A DNA stretch of 64,000 bases, taken from positions 1 through 64,000 of IMG/VR virus record IMGVR_UViG_3300031555_004271. One strand, 5' to 3'. A program made the translations under genes and the position numbers. Shown piece after piece: positions 10,135-19,142 of this stretch. Position 1 is the first letter of the stretch. Each line of letters begins with the position of its first letter. The DNA is from a virus. Lineage: Duplodnaviria; Caudoviricetes. The notes beneath the pieces are model-generated. The model ran no database searches. It saw nothing but the letters and a program-made list of their open reading frames with translations, and was not told where the DNA came from.

Positions 10135-10522
10135 CTCTCAACGGCTCCTTTTTCTCAACAGTATATCCACAATCACTATATTCTATGTCGTACCTTGATA
10201 GCATATACTCAATAGCTGGTTTAAAGTATTCTGGTATTTCATTTTTATCCTCTAATGTAAAGAAGCTTAATCCATCAACAACCATAAAATCATTGTTTAA
10301 TCTATCAATTGCTATACCTTCTGGATGTGGAATTTCTATAAATGTCGAATTTTTATAATTCATACAACTTTCTAAGAGTTCTATAAAGAACACTATTTCA
10401 TAAGGTTTATCAGTTCTAAAAATTACTAAATTCTGATCGCCATTTTTAGAAGGATTAAATCTACCCATTTCTAGATCGAATTTGAATTTCTTAACTATAT
10501 CTAAATTGTAAACTTCATTCAT
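10106..10522 (-). CDS. FDL-family paralog
   Basis: KKFKFDLEMG...NEIPEY. Confidence 0.85.
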   Translation of the reverse strand: MNEVYNLDIVKKFKFDLEMGRFNPSKNGDQNLVIFRTDKPYEIVFFIELLESCMNYKNSTFIEIPHPEGIAIDRLNNDFMVVDGLSFFTLEDKNEIPEYFKPAIEYMLSRYDIEYSDCGYTVEKKEPLRVDGSILYYY

Positions 10523-10863
10523 TTTAATTCCACCTTTATTCCTTGGAGATATGAAGGTATTCCATTTGTTAATGATATTGTATATTCACTTAAATGCGTA
10601 ATAAAACTATATCGTTTTCTATCAATATCCATTAGAATTAGTAATGGAAAATTATCTGTAAGGAAAAAATGTTTTATATCACTACAAAATATAGTATCAT
10701 ATCTAATGTAGTTCAAAATATAAGTAACTAATAGAAATTCATCTCTATTACATACTCTGATAACACCAAAGTTATACAAATCAGTCCTTATATAATCATT
10801 TTTAAATATACCCATTTCTAAATCAAATTGAAATCTTTTAACGATATCATAGCTAACTTCCAT
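10519..10863 (-). CDS. FDL-family paralog
   Basis: KRFQFDLEMG...NGIPSY. Confidence 0.85.
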   Translation of the reverse strand: MEVSYDIVKRFQFDLEMGIFKNDYIRTDLYNFGVIRVCNRDEFLLVTYILNYIRYDTIFCSDIKHFFLTDNFPLLILMDIDRKRYSFITHLSEYTISLTNGIPSYLQGIKVELK

Positions 10864-11176
10864 TTTCTAAATACTCCTTTATGTAATCAGGAATTTCATT
10901 ACATATTTTATAATCATCTTCATTAACATATACTGTAAGCAGTGTATTATCAGTTGTATCTATAAGTATACTATTTGAACATCCAAATCTATTTTTTGGA
11001 TTAACATACCAACTAAAGCCAATTGAAATGAGTAAATTAGAAAAAGCTTTTAAGTCATTCAAGTTTCCTTTAAATGTATAAGCATTGTTAACATATTCAT
11101 TAAATCTACCCATTCCTAGATCGAATTTAAATTTTTTAATAGGATTTGATATGATATCACTTGGCATTAGCAGCAT
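10853..11176 (-). CDS. FDL-family paralog
   Basis: KKFKFDLGMG...NEIPDY. Confidence 0.85.
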   Translation of the reverse strand: MLLMPSDIISNPIKKFKFDLGMGRFNEYVNNAYTFKGNLNDLKAFSNLLISIGFSWYVNPKNRFGCSNSILIDTTDNTLLTVYVNEDDYKICNEIPDYIKEYLENGS

Positions 11177-11483
11177 ACTCCTTTATATAGTCAGGTACTT
11201 TGGTAACACTTGAATTTGTATCCTTTACATAACATAGTGTGTATAGTTTAGAGTTACCTTCAATTAATACTGCATTATACACGATTAACAAATTTTCTTC
11301 TTTAGCAACTTCAAATGATACTGAATATTTATGTACATGAAAACCTAAAGTATCCAATATTTCAAACAGAACTTTACTTTCATTTGGATGATCATAAAGT
11401 AATAGACAATATGACGATTTACCGAATCTACCCATTTCTAGATCAAATTTAAATCGTTTAACGATGTTTTCATAAGTCTCCAT
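11157..11483 (-). CDS. FDL-family paralog
   Basis: KRFKFDLEMG...TKVPDY. Confidence 0.85.
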   Translation of the reverse strand: METYENIVKRFKFDLEMGRFGKSSYCLLLYDHPNESKVLFEILDTLGFHVHKYSVSFEVAKEENLLIVYNAVLIEGNSKLYTLCYVKDTNSSVTKVPDYIKEYAANAK

Positions 11484-11826
11484 TTTTCATATACTCCTCT
11501 ACATAATCAGGAATTTCATTGACATCATTATGCTCTCCACAAATAATTATAGTTTCTGGATCAAGGTACTGATAGATTTTACCTGTTATTTTATCTTCGT
11601 ATACAATTATATATGGTACAAAGTCTATATGATTCATCATATATCCACCAAATATAAATCCACAATTATTTAAAAATCTTTTAAAATTTTTTAATTCCTT
11701 GTAAGTCAAAATCCGAAATATATATTTTTTAGTTCTAGGTTCATACCAATAATGTGATACACTTTTAAAAATACCCATTTCTAAATCAAATTTGAATCGT
11801 TTAACAATATCCTGATTGATTTCCAT
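11470..11826 (-). CDS. FDL-family paralog (first gene of array A)
   Basis: KRFKFDLEMG...NEIPDY; aggagg RBS. Confidence 0.85.
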   Translation of the reverse strand: MEINQDIVKRFKFDLEMGIFKSVSHYWYEPRTKKYIFRILTYKELKNFKRFLNNCGFIFGGYMMNHIDFVPYIIVYEDKITGKIYQYLDPETIIICGEHNDVNEIPDYVEEYMKNGDL

Positions 11827-11856
11827 AGTATTAAAACCTCCTATTCCTTATAAAAA

Positions 11857-11870
11857 GAATATATAGATAA
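11857..11870 (-). promoter_or_regulatory. Putative early (virion RNAP) promoter
   Basis: minus strand ttatctatatattc, upstream of array A; motif recurs before early units. Confidence 0.55.
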
Positions 11871-11907
11871 AACCATTTTTAACAGTTTAAAAATAAAAAT
11901 TCATAAT

Positions 11908-11919
11908 AACAAATAATTG
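11908..11919 (+). promoter_or_regulatory. Putative late promoter AACA-N6-TG
   Basis: aaca-aataat-tg upstream of hsp20. Confidence 0.45.
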
Positions 11920-12028
11920 CAAAGAGTTATCTATGATACTAGCTAATAGTTACTTTTTATTTTATTTATAATTTTTCGCCTCACCCCCCCTTATATTTTA
12001 TTCTTATTATTTCTGGAGGTTTCTTATC

Positions 12029-12409
12029 ATGGATTTAATGACAACTCTTAATTGGTTAATGGACTGGGATCAACCATCTTATAAATTTAATCGTTCAGTT
12101 TTAGATTCTAGACCTTACCAAATTAGAAAAAAAGAAAATAGTGTTATTATCACTCACAACTGCCTTGGTATTCCTGAAGAGAATATTGATATTTCTATTC
12201 AGACCGAAAACCATCGCTCCTATTTGGTAATTCAAGGTAGCTATACTGATGAGGATACTAATAACAATTATTCTGTGAATTCTCGTTTCACTGTTGATGA
12301 AACACAGATAAGTGATATCGAATGGGCAGCTAAGAACGGTATCCTTACTGTTGAAGTTAAGTTCAAAAAACCTGAAACAAAGAAGATTCCTATCAATAAA
12401 AAGAAGTAA
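12029..12409 (+). CDS. Small heat-shock protein (Hsp20/alpha-crystallin)
   Basis: LGIPEENIDISI, AAKNGILTVEV, C-terminal KIPI (IxI) motif. Confidence 0.85.
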   Translation: MDLMTTLNWLMDWDQPSYKFNRSVLDSRPYQIRKKENSVIITHNCLGIPEENIDISIQTENHRSYLVIQGSYTDEDTNNNYSVNSRFTVDETQISDIEWAAKNGILTVEVKFKKPETKKIPINKKK

Positions 12410-12442
12410 TTTTTCATTTTTACAAATGCTAGTTAATAAAAA

Positions 12443-12476
12443 AAAGAGAAGTACCTTATTATAGGTACTTCTCTTT
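12443..12476. terminator. Bidirectional terminator between convergent genes
   Basis: aaagagaagtacct-tattat-aggtacttctcttt. Confidence 0.85.
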
Positions 12477-12482
12477 AAGTTT

Positions 12483-13445
12483 TTATAGTATATGCCAATG
12501 AATATGGTTTTCTCTTAACATATAGTCATAATCATAATTATAATTACATCTATTACTAGGTCTAGTACCATTATACTGTTTATATTTAACAAAGTATCTT
12601 TTCCATTCGCTAAAAGCGTTTACTGCAGTTTCAGGTAGTTCATTAATATGATCTTTAAAGAAATCTAATGGTAACTCTAAACCATTTATATGTCTTGCAA
12701 TTCGATAAGTGTTATAGTTTATAACATCTTTCCAATTTATAGAATTTTTATATTTCAGTAAAAATTCTTCATTCAATATCAACTTTAATCTCTTTTTCAT
12801 GAATGAGTCATTTGGAAAGTGTACATTCAATATACTAGTAAACGCATACACGTTAATGTAATCCTTATACGTTTCAAAATTCCTAGGTTCATTTAATACA
12901 TTTGCTTTAAGTGATACTGTATTCCAATCTAACTTTTCTTTATACTGTTCTATTGTCTTAATATTAATATCAGCATTTGATGATAATGATAAAATTAAAC
13001 TCTCTTTATTTTCTTTACCATTTAAAATATACTCTCTAGTTTCACTAGGTAGATTTTTTAGTTTTACAATTGCAGTATAATAAGGTTTTAATTCATCTTT
13101 GAAGTTCTTGAGAAATTCTATACTAAATCTAGAACCGCTACTTTCATAGACAAAAGTACCCCAATTGATGTAGTCTCTATTCTTATCTAAAAACTCGGTA
13201 TGCATACTTGGATGTACATTTATCTTTGGAATTACTCCAGATATATTTTCCCAGAACTCATCAATGAACTCATTACTTAAAGTTTTACGTTCTATAATGT
13301 TATGCCAACCTAACTTATCTTTATACTTTCTAACAAGTTCTAGATCATCAGTTCTAATACGTCTAGTAAGTTCATACTTATTATCACCATATTTTAACAG
13401 TATATCAAACTCTTTTTGTTTAGCAGTTTTCTTTTTAGTTCCCAT
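12483..13445 (-). CDS. Tryptophan-repeat helical protein
   Basis: Periodic (L/I)(D/N/G)W repeats (KLGW, YINW, KLDW, SINW); paralog of the next gene. Confidence 0.7.
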   Translation of the reverse strand: MGTKKKTAKQKEFDILLKYGDNKYELTRRIRTDDLELVRKYKDKLGWHNIIERKTLSNEFIDEFWENISGVIPKINVHPSMHTEFLDKNRDYINWGTFVYESSGSRFSIEFLKNFKDELKPYYTAIVKLKNLPSETREYILNGKENKESLILSLSSNADINIKTIEQYKEKLDWNTVSLKANVLNEPRNFETYKDYINVYAFTSILNVHFPNDSFMKKRLKLILNEEFLLKYKNSINWKDVINYNTYRIARHINGLELPLDFFKDHINELPETAVNAFSEWKRYFVKYKQYNGTRPSNRCNYNYDYDYMLRENHIHWHIL

Positions 13446-13466
13446 AATTTTTCTTCCTCACTTTGA

Positions 13467-14408
13467 TTAAAATTGCCATATATACTTTTCAGCTAGTTTT
13501 ACATGTTTGAAAATGTCGTCTTTATGGTTATTAAATTCTTCGATTGCCTTATCAATTTCTTCTTTAGGTAAGATATCTCTATACTTTTTGAAGAAGCTAT
13601 TAGATACTATATCAACTTTAGTATCATCTCTAGCTACTACATCTATTGATTGAAAAGTATACCAGTTGATTGTCTGACTCCAATCTAGCATATCCCTATA
13701 TTCTAATAGGAAATCTTCTTTTAAGACAATATTAATACGTTTTAGTATACTAGAATATTGTATACTGTAATTATCAAACATATCATGTAATTTTGTAAAT
13801 TCAGAAATGTTAATTCTATCTTTGTACTTTTCAAAATTTTTTCTATTACATAACTCATTAGAACTATAAGACAGTAAATCCCAATCTAAAACATCCTTGT
13901 ATCTATCAATATAGTTCATACTGACAGTTGGTAGATTTGATAGAGTCCTAATTGCATTTATATGCTTCTTCTCTAATAGTATATAGTCCATTGTTTCTTG
14001 AGGTATATTCTTTACATGATCCATTCCACGATAGATAAAACTACCAAGATAGTCATCTAATTTGTCTTCAAACTTTTTATAAAAGTCTAAAGTAAATCGA
14101 AATGGACTTATAGTAGTAACGATATCATACCATCTAATGACGTCTTTACAAGCTTCTAATATGTCAATTTTCATATTAAAAGTATGGTCAGTTATATTCA
14201 TATAGGTCTTTATATCTTCCCAAAACTCTTCAATTATTTCATTAGTTAGTTTCCTATTAGCTAAAGTTAACCAGTCTATTTTATCTCTATTATTTCTGAT
14301 TATATCGATATCCGTTATTTTTATTTTCTGAGTAAATTCATGTTTGTTACCATTGTAATTCAATACCATATCGAATTCTCTTTGTTTTGGTGTTTTTGAT
14401 CTAGTCAT
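13467..14408 (-). CDS. Tryptophan-repeat helical protein
   Basis: KIDW, VIRW, VLDW, MLDW repeats; N-terminus KQREFDMVLNY matches KQKEFDILLKY. Confidence 0.7.
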   Translation of the reverse strand: MTRSKTPKQREFDMVLNYNGNKHEFTQKIKITDIDIIRNNRDKIDWLTLANRKLTNEIIEEFWEDIKTYMNITDHTFNMKIDILEACKDVIRWYDIVTTISPFRFTLDFYKKFEDKLDDYLGSFIYRGMDHVKNIPQETMDYILLEKKHINAIRTLSNLPTVSMNYIDRYKDVLDWDLLSYSSNELCNRKNFEKYKDRINISEFTKLHDMFDNYSIQYSSILKRINIVLKEDFLLEYRDMLDWSQTINWYTFQSIDVVARDDTKVDIVSNSFFKKYRDILPKEEIDKAIEEFNNHKDDIFKHVKLAEKYIWQF

Positions 14409-14452
14409 AACTATATCTAACTAAACTCCTTTCATTTATGTTTTTACTAAGT

Positions 14453-14468
14453 TTAGAATATATATCTC
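14453..14468 (-). promoter_or_regulatory. Putative early promoter
   Basis: minus gagatatatattctaa upstream of 14408. Confidence 0.55.
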
Positions 14469-14506
14469 TATAGAACTTTAACTTTTTAATGTCTTATATA
14501 TCCAAA

Positions 14507-14518
14507 AACAAAGTATTA
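14507..14518 (+). promoter_or_regulatory. Putative late promoter AACA-N6-TA
   Basis: aaca-aagtat-ta upstream of an RNAP gene. Confidence 0.6.
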
Positions 14519-14552
14519 ATGTCTATAAAATGAAAGGAGGAAATCCAAAAAT

Positions 14553-16297
14553 ATGCCGAGAGTATTAACTGATCAAGAAAAGAAATACCTTCTATCATTA
14601 AAAAAAGAGGATATGTCACTTGATTTACTAAAGGACTTATTTGCAGTTTCTCAGAAGAATCCTAAAGCTAAGTTTGAACCAAATGATAAAGTTCAGTTTA
14701 AAACTAAAGAGTATTATAATGCTAAACTAGTTACTACTACAGTTGGTAGGTTCATTGTAAATAAATGCTTATTAGAACCAAAGATTATCGAACTAATTGG
14801 TTATCAAGATATAATTATTGATAAAAAGTCTATGAAGGGTCTAGATCAGAAAATCATAGATGAGTGTTTATTAACTGAAAAGATTACAATGACTGATTAC
14901 CATGACTATCTAGACCAATGTAACTGGTTAGCATATGGTTGTACTTACTTTATTGTACCTTCTTTGGATACTAGTATGTTTATAGTAGATAAAGAAATTT
15001 TAGATATGAAACAAAGACTAATTGAGGAAAATAAAGAAGCTGTACAAAATAACGATGTTAGTACAATTTTCAATATAGAACAAGAGCTATTAAAAGCTTC
15101 TAAAGAAAAAGTAAAGGATATTCCTGGATACCAAATCTACGCATCTGGTGCTAGAGGTAGTTTTGATAACAACTACAAGAACAGCTGCCTCATGAGAGGT
15201 TCTGTTATGAACTTCACTGATCCATCTAAATTTGAAGCATCTATGGCATCCTTAGTAGATGGAATTCCCAAAGAAGATTTCCATATTTATGCCAACATTT
15301 TAACTGCAGGTACTTATGCAAGAGCTAAACTATTACACTTGGTTCTTAAATTCTTTAATTGCTGGGAGAGTAACTTACTTAATCAGCAGCTTATATAAAA
15401 TCGTAAAAAAAGAGAGCCTAGTTGCAGCTAAACTCTCTTTCTCATTTAGAAATTATCGAATGTAATTCAATACACTATGTACTTTACTATTAGTATTTTT
15501 ATAGTGGATTGCATTCAATAATTCTTCCTTCTCCTTTTCGTTAATGTTTAGGTTGGAAACTGTTACCATTAGCTTAAAAGCATCAGAATTATCTTGTCGA
15601 ATTTTCATATCTTATATCAACTCCATTCTGTGAATAAGCAAGATTTGTATCACGATAAAACACTTATCCTTATCCCATCAGAATTATAATATATAGATAT
15701 AAAAAATTTCTTTACGGTTTTATATAAGTTCAACGACTAAATAGAATCTGAATAGATTCTAAATAAGAATTACTAGAATTTTCTAGTAAAGATATAGTCT
15801 TATCTTTAGTGTAATCTAAAGTTTTATAGCATAGGACTAATAACCCTATGCAAAAATGTATGAAGAATACTGAAGTTGGTGGTTATCTAGTAAAACAGAG
15901 TCGTTCAGGCTATCAACATCTAATGTTAGACGAAAAAGATTCTGATTGTGGAACTAAAAAGTTCCTTGAGATACTACTAACTGATAAAAATAAAGGCTTA
16001 TTCCTATTAAGATGGATACAGGATTCTGATGGAAAGTTAGTTCTATTAGATGCTGATAATGTAAAATCCTATATTGGAAAGAAAATTAGAATTAGATCTC
16101 CTCTATATTGTACCAATGATAGAATCTGTAGTAAATGTGCAGGTGAGTTGTATTATAAACTTGAAATGCCAAATATTGGCTTAATTGGTGACCGTATAGC
16201 CAGTACTATCATGCAGAAGTCTATGAAACAATTCCACGACAGTACTATCAAGACAACTGTCATCGACTATGAATCTCACTTAGAGAGAATCGGTTAA
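14553..16297 (+). CDS. rpoC: RNA polymerase beta-prime C-terminal-part subunit (probably virion RNAP), spliced: join(14553..15326,15863..16297), 402 aa
   Basis: Splicing restores bridge helix TYARA|KNTEVGGYLVKQ, followed by SDCGT, RSPLYC..ICSKCAG and KQFH; the track splits it into two ORFs. Confidence 0.85.
15405..15440 (-). terminator. Terminator of the intron-embedded antisense gene
   Basis: minus RNA AGAGAGUUUAG-CUGCAA-CUAGGCUCUCU-U6; G.U pairs form only on the minus strand. Confidence 0.75.
15453..15608 (-). CDS. 51-aa ORF inside the intron P6 loop, antisense to the intron
   Basis: MKIRQDNSDAFKLMVTVSNLNINEKEKEELLNAIHYKNTNSKVHSVLNYIR; ggagttga RBS of the same form as the amidase gene; own promoter and terminator. 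Confidence 0.65.
   Translation of the reverse strand: MKIRQDNSDAFKLMVTVSNLNINEKEKEELLNAIHYKNTNSKVHSVLNYIR
15686..15700 (-). promoter_or_regulatory. Putative early promoter inside the intron
   Basis: minus atatctatatattat. Confidence 0.55.
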
Positions 16298-16304
16298 TGT
16301 AAAA

Positions 16305-16347
16305 AAAATTGACTTAATACCCTATAAAAAGGTATTAAGTCAATTTT
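16305..16347. terminator. Bidirectional terminator
   Basis: aaaattgacttaatacc...ggtattaagtcaatttt. Confidence 0.85.
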
Positions 16348-16350
16348 AAT

Positions 16351-16893
16351 TTAAAATCGAATATTGTTGAAAAGTGTAAATTTATCAATATCCTTTCTTG
16401 GACCATCATCTAAAATACCCCAACCACCAATTGCAATAGGTCCATCCCATACTTTATCTAATTCTACATGGAGTATATTAGTATTCCTAACTTTACTTAT
16501 TACAATTGAATGATTATAAACTCTTTTACCATTTATAAAAACTTTATATGATTTATAGTCATCATCTTTTTCTATTTTTCTAAATTTTCTTTCTTTTTTT
16601 AGTTCTTTTATTAAATCTCTCACAAATTTATGTTCTGTTTCTATTAAGGATAAATCAATATTGAAGCATTTTACTCTCATATTGTAATCTTTTGAAAATT
16701 TCCTAATAAATCGTCTTAATTTAAATGGTGATGGTATTGTATCAAATGTAATACAGAAGAGTTTAATTCCCTCAAATTGGAAATCGAAAAGAAATTTCTT
16801 AAAAGGAAATTCATTATCAAAATTCTCATCAGTCATTTCATATGTATAGAACTTAGGTAAACATATTTCTAAACCTTCCATTGAAAGAAACAC
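16351..16893 (-). CDS. Divergent FDL-like protein, long form
   Basis: FKKFLFDFQFEG; shares FxxxPS..xxRxFI with the next gene. Confidence 0.7.
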   Translation of the reverse strand: MFLSMEGLEICLPKFYTYEMTDENFDNEFPFKKFLFDFQFEGIKLFCITFDTIPSPFKLRRFIRKFSKDYNMRVKCFNIDLSLIETEHKFVRDLIKELKKERKFRKIEKDDDYKSYKVFINGKRVYNHSIVISKVRNTNILHVELDKVWDGPIAIGGWGILDDGPRKDIDKFTLFNNIRF

Positions 16894-16904
16894 ATCCTTT
16901 CTAA

Positions 16905-17420
16905 TCAGAAATCTATGTTTTCAAAATCCACTAATACAGTTTTCGCTTCATCCTGATAACTGCTAATGTTTATAAATATGTCATATATACGACCATTAGA
17001 TGCATGTAAACTTACAATCGTTTTATTATCATTAAACCATTTGTAAATGCCAAAAATACATTCAAACATAGGTTTGTTGTTTACATAGATATGCGATTCC
17101 TTTTTATCTAATCTTTTTTGATTAAATATATTATACATTTCTTTAACTGTTAAATCTAATTCATGTCTTCCTTTATAATATCTTTTTGATTGGTAAGTCT
17201 TTATTCGATATTCTTCGTTTATAGCTTTTATAAACTTTCTAAAATTCTCTCTAGAAGGTACTTTATGAAATACAATTATATAGTCATGAGTATCCATTTC
17301 TACATTGAAAATCATACTTTTTAAAGATATTCTTTTACTAAATTCTGATTCATTAATTTCTATCAGTATATTGTCTTTAGGCGAATATCTACTATTACTA
17401 CTGAATCCGATTTTTGCCAT
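16905..17420 (-). CDS. Divergent FDL-like protein, long form
   Basis: LKSMIFNVEMD...FHKVPSRENFRKFI. Confidence 0.7.
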   Translation of the reverse strand: MAKIGFSSNSRYSPKDNILIEINESEFSKRISLKSMIFNVEMDTHDYIIVFHKVPSRENFRKFIKAINEEYRIKTYQSKRYYKGRHELDLTVKEMYNIFNQKRLDKKESHIYVNNKPMFECIFGIYKWFNDNKTIVSLHASNGRIYDIFINISSYQDEAKTVLVDFENIDF

Positions 17421-17438
17421 TATAAGATTCTCCCTTTG

Positions 17439-17747
17439 TTAATTCCTTATAAATTCGTTATCTCCAATTTGTATGTAATCATCATATCCAGCAATAGATG
17501 ATGCTATGAATGTAAGTTTAGTTATTCCAATATCACAGTTTTTACTAAAGATAACTATTCTAGTTGCATCTTTAAAGTATATGCTTCTTGTATTAGTTTC
17601 ATTAACACAGCCCTTAGCTTCCAGTATCTTTATGTAGTTTTTAAGATGTCTATTATTCAGAAATAGTATCTTAGTTGCACCTTTAATACCTAAGTGTAGA
17701 TCAAATAGGATCTGCTCTATTTTAAATGTATCTTGTTCATTCATCAC
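17439..17747 (-). CDS. FDL-like paralog (array B)
   Basis: IEQILFDLHLG...IGDNEF. Confidence 0.8.
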   Translation of the reverse strand: MMNEQDTFKIEQILFDLHLGIKGATKILFLNNRHLKNYIKILEAKGCVNETNTRSIYFKDATRIVIFSKNCDIGITKLTFIASSIAGYDDYIQIGDNEFIRN

Positions 17748-18016
17748 ATATCCCTCACTCTTATAAACTCATCATCTTTTATATGCAGATAATCAGAACC
17801 TATTTTAATCCATATTCTACCTCTAATGTTTAGATTTAAACCATTACTATCTATAAAATGCATGACTTTCTCACAATCTTTTCTTTTGGCAAGTATTTGT
17901 AAGAATGGATCAATGTCAGATCTATCTGCAAATTCTATTCTAATACATTCATTTAATCCTAATAATAGTTCGAATAGAATCTGTTCAAAAGTAATTATTT
18001 TATCCGTTAATAGCAT
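17744..18016 (-). CDS. FDL-like paralog (array B)
   Basis: TFEQILFELLLG...IKDDEF. Confidence 0.8.
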   Translation of the reverse strand: MLLTDKIITFEQILFELLLGLNECIRIEFADRSDIDPFLQILAKRKDCEKVMHFIDSNGLNLNIRGRIWIKIGSDYLHIKDDEFIRVRDM

Positions 18017-18293
18017 AAAAATCCATCCATTCTACAAATGAGTTATCGTTTATTTGGTAGTATTCGTATTTTTTATTATAATTATAATTATCAAAATACC
18101 CTCCTCTATAGATTACTAAATGAATAGGTGTTCTTACATATATAGATAAATCATTACGATGATACTTATTATCTATTATCAACTTATAGTATTTAGATCT
18201 TTCTGTTTCATCAATAAAACGTATTTCAACCATATCAGTTATATGTAATTTTATATCCATTATAATTCTTTCAAAAGTAAATGTATTATACAT
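18000..18293 (-). CDS. FDL-like paralog (array B)
   Basis: TFERIIMDIKLH...INDNSF. Confidence 0.8.
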   Translation of the reverse strand: MYNTFTFERIIMDIKLHITDMVEIRFIDETERSKYYKLIIDNKYHRNDLSIYVRTPIHLVIYRGGYFDNYNYNKKYEYYQINDNSFVEWMDFYAING

Positions 18294-18309
18294 TAAACTA
18301 TAACCTCAC

Positions 18310-18579
18310 TTACCATAGTTTCTTAAATCTATTATCATCTACTTGAGTGTATCTTTTCTCAGCATACCAACTCTTACTAGGATCAGTATACATTAATATA
18401 CTAGAAAGTGTACTTACAAATATTGTCATCTGATTATCATATTTTTCGTCTTGTAACTTCAAGAAATATTTTGCTCGTTCTTTGGAATCCCAAAATTCAA
18501 TTTCAACACATTTATCAATTCCTAGAAGTACATCAAATAGAATCTGTTCAAAAGTAACACTATTTTCTTTATCACTCAT
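18310..18579 (-). CDS. FDL-like paralog (array B)
   Basis: TFEQILFDVLLG...VDDNRF. Confidence 0.8.
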   Translation of the reverse strand: MSDKENSVTFEQILFDVLLGIDKCVEIEFWDSKERAKYFLKLQDEKYDNQMTIFVSTLSSILMYTDPSKSWYAEKRYTQVDDNRFKKLW

Positions 18580-18856
18580 TTTTCTTAAACCTCTTTATCT
18601 CATCAATGAATTCATCGTATTCTATATGTCGGAAATCAGCACCTTTACCACCATGTTTTCCGTGTTGATTGCTATATACAATAAGCATCTTGTTATAAGG
18701 TTTTATACTATCAAGACTTAGATGTCTAAACTCAAAAAGTTCTATTCTGTTTCTAAAATCATCAACTACGCTTATATCATCAAAACGCAATCTTACTACT
18801 GTATATACTCCTAGAGATAAATCCATTAAAATCTTTCTAAATGTCACTGTTTCCAT
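18572..18856 (-). CDS. FDL-like paralog (array B)
   Basis: TFRKILMDLSLG...IEYDEF. Confidence 0.8.
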   Translation of the reverse strand: METVTFRKILMDLSLGVYTVVRLRFDDISVVDDFRNRIELFEFRHLSLDSIKPYNKMLIVYSNQHGKHGGKGADFRHIEYDEFIDEIKRFKKNE

Positions 18857-19124
18857 ATTCTATTCCTCTTAATTGAAAGTTATTGTCTTTTATATAGTCA
18901 TATGTAGCATGATTAAAATTTTTACTTGCGTAATTGTACATTGATATATGATAATCTTTCCAATCCAAATCAAATAAAAGATTTTTAATTTTAACATTTT
19001 TTAACTTGAAATAGAAATCTCTAGCTATAAAGAAATCACCAAAGTATATTCTAACAGAATTATAGATGTCTAGTTGTATATCGAATAAGATTCTTTCAAA
19101 AGTTACAGTATTTTCCTGCTCCAT
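18837..19124 (-). CDS. FDL-like paralog (array B)
   Basis: TFERILFDIQLD...IKDNNF. Confidence 0.8.
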   Translation of the reverse strand: MEQENTVTFERILFDIQLDIYNSVRIYFGDFFIARDFYFKLKNVKIKNLLFDLDWKDYHISMYNYASKNFNHATYDYIKDNNFQLRGIEYGNSDI

Positions 19125-19142
19125 AAAATCCCTCTCTTCTAA

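Larger units (their letters stand above)
3352..11826 (-). repeat. Tandem paralog array A (19 FDL-family genes)
   Basis: Repeated N- and C-terminal motifs in overlapping ORFs. Confidence 0.85.
15327..15862 (+). ncRNA. Group I intron (536 nt, subgroup IA-like) in the RNAP bridge helix
   Basis: P1 agagcU/Gguucu, P aauugcuggg 15357, Q aaucagcag 15381, R guucaacgacua 15728, P8 15772-15788 region, S aagauauagucu 15789, terminal G 15862. Confidence 0.9.

Noticed and set aside
15327-15398. C-terminal 24 aa of the track ORF 14553..15398, and the MQKCM start of ORF 15848
   Set aside because: Both lie within intron sequence; the spliced product explains the two ORFs.
15453-15608. Intron ORF as a homing endonuclease remnant
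   Set aside because: It is antisense, has no HNH/GIY-YIG/LAGLIDADG motif, and has an intact expression unit rather than decay.
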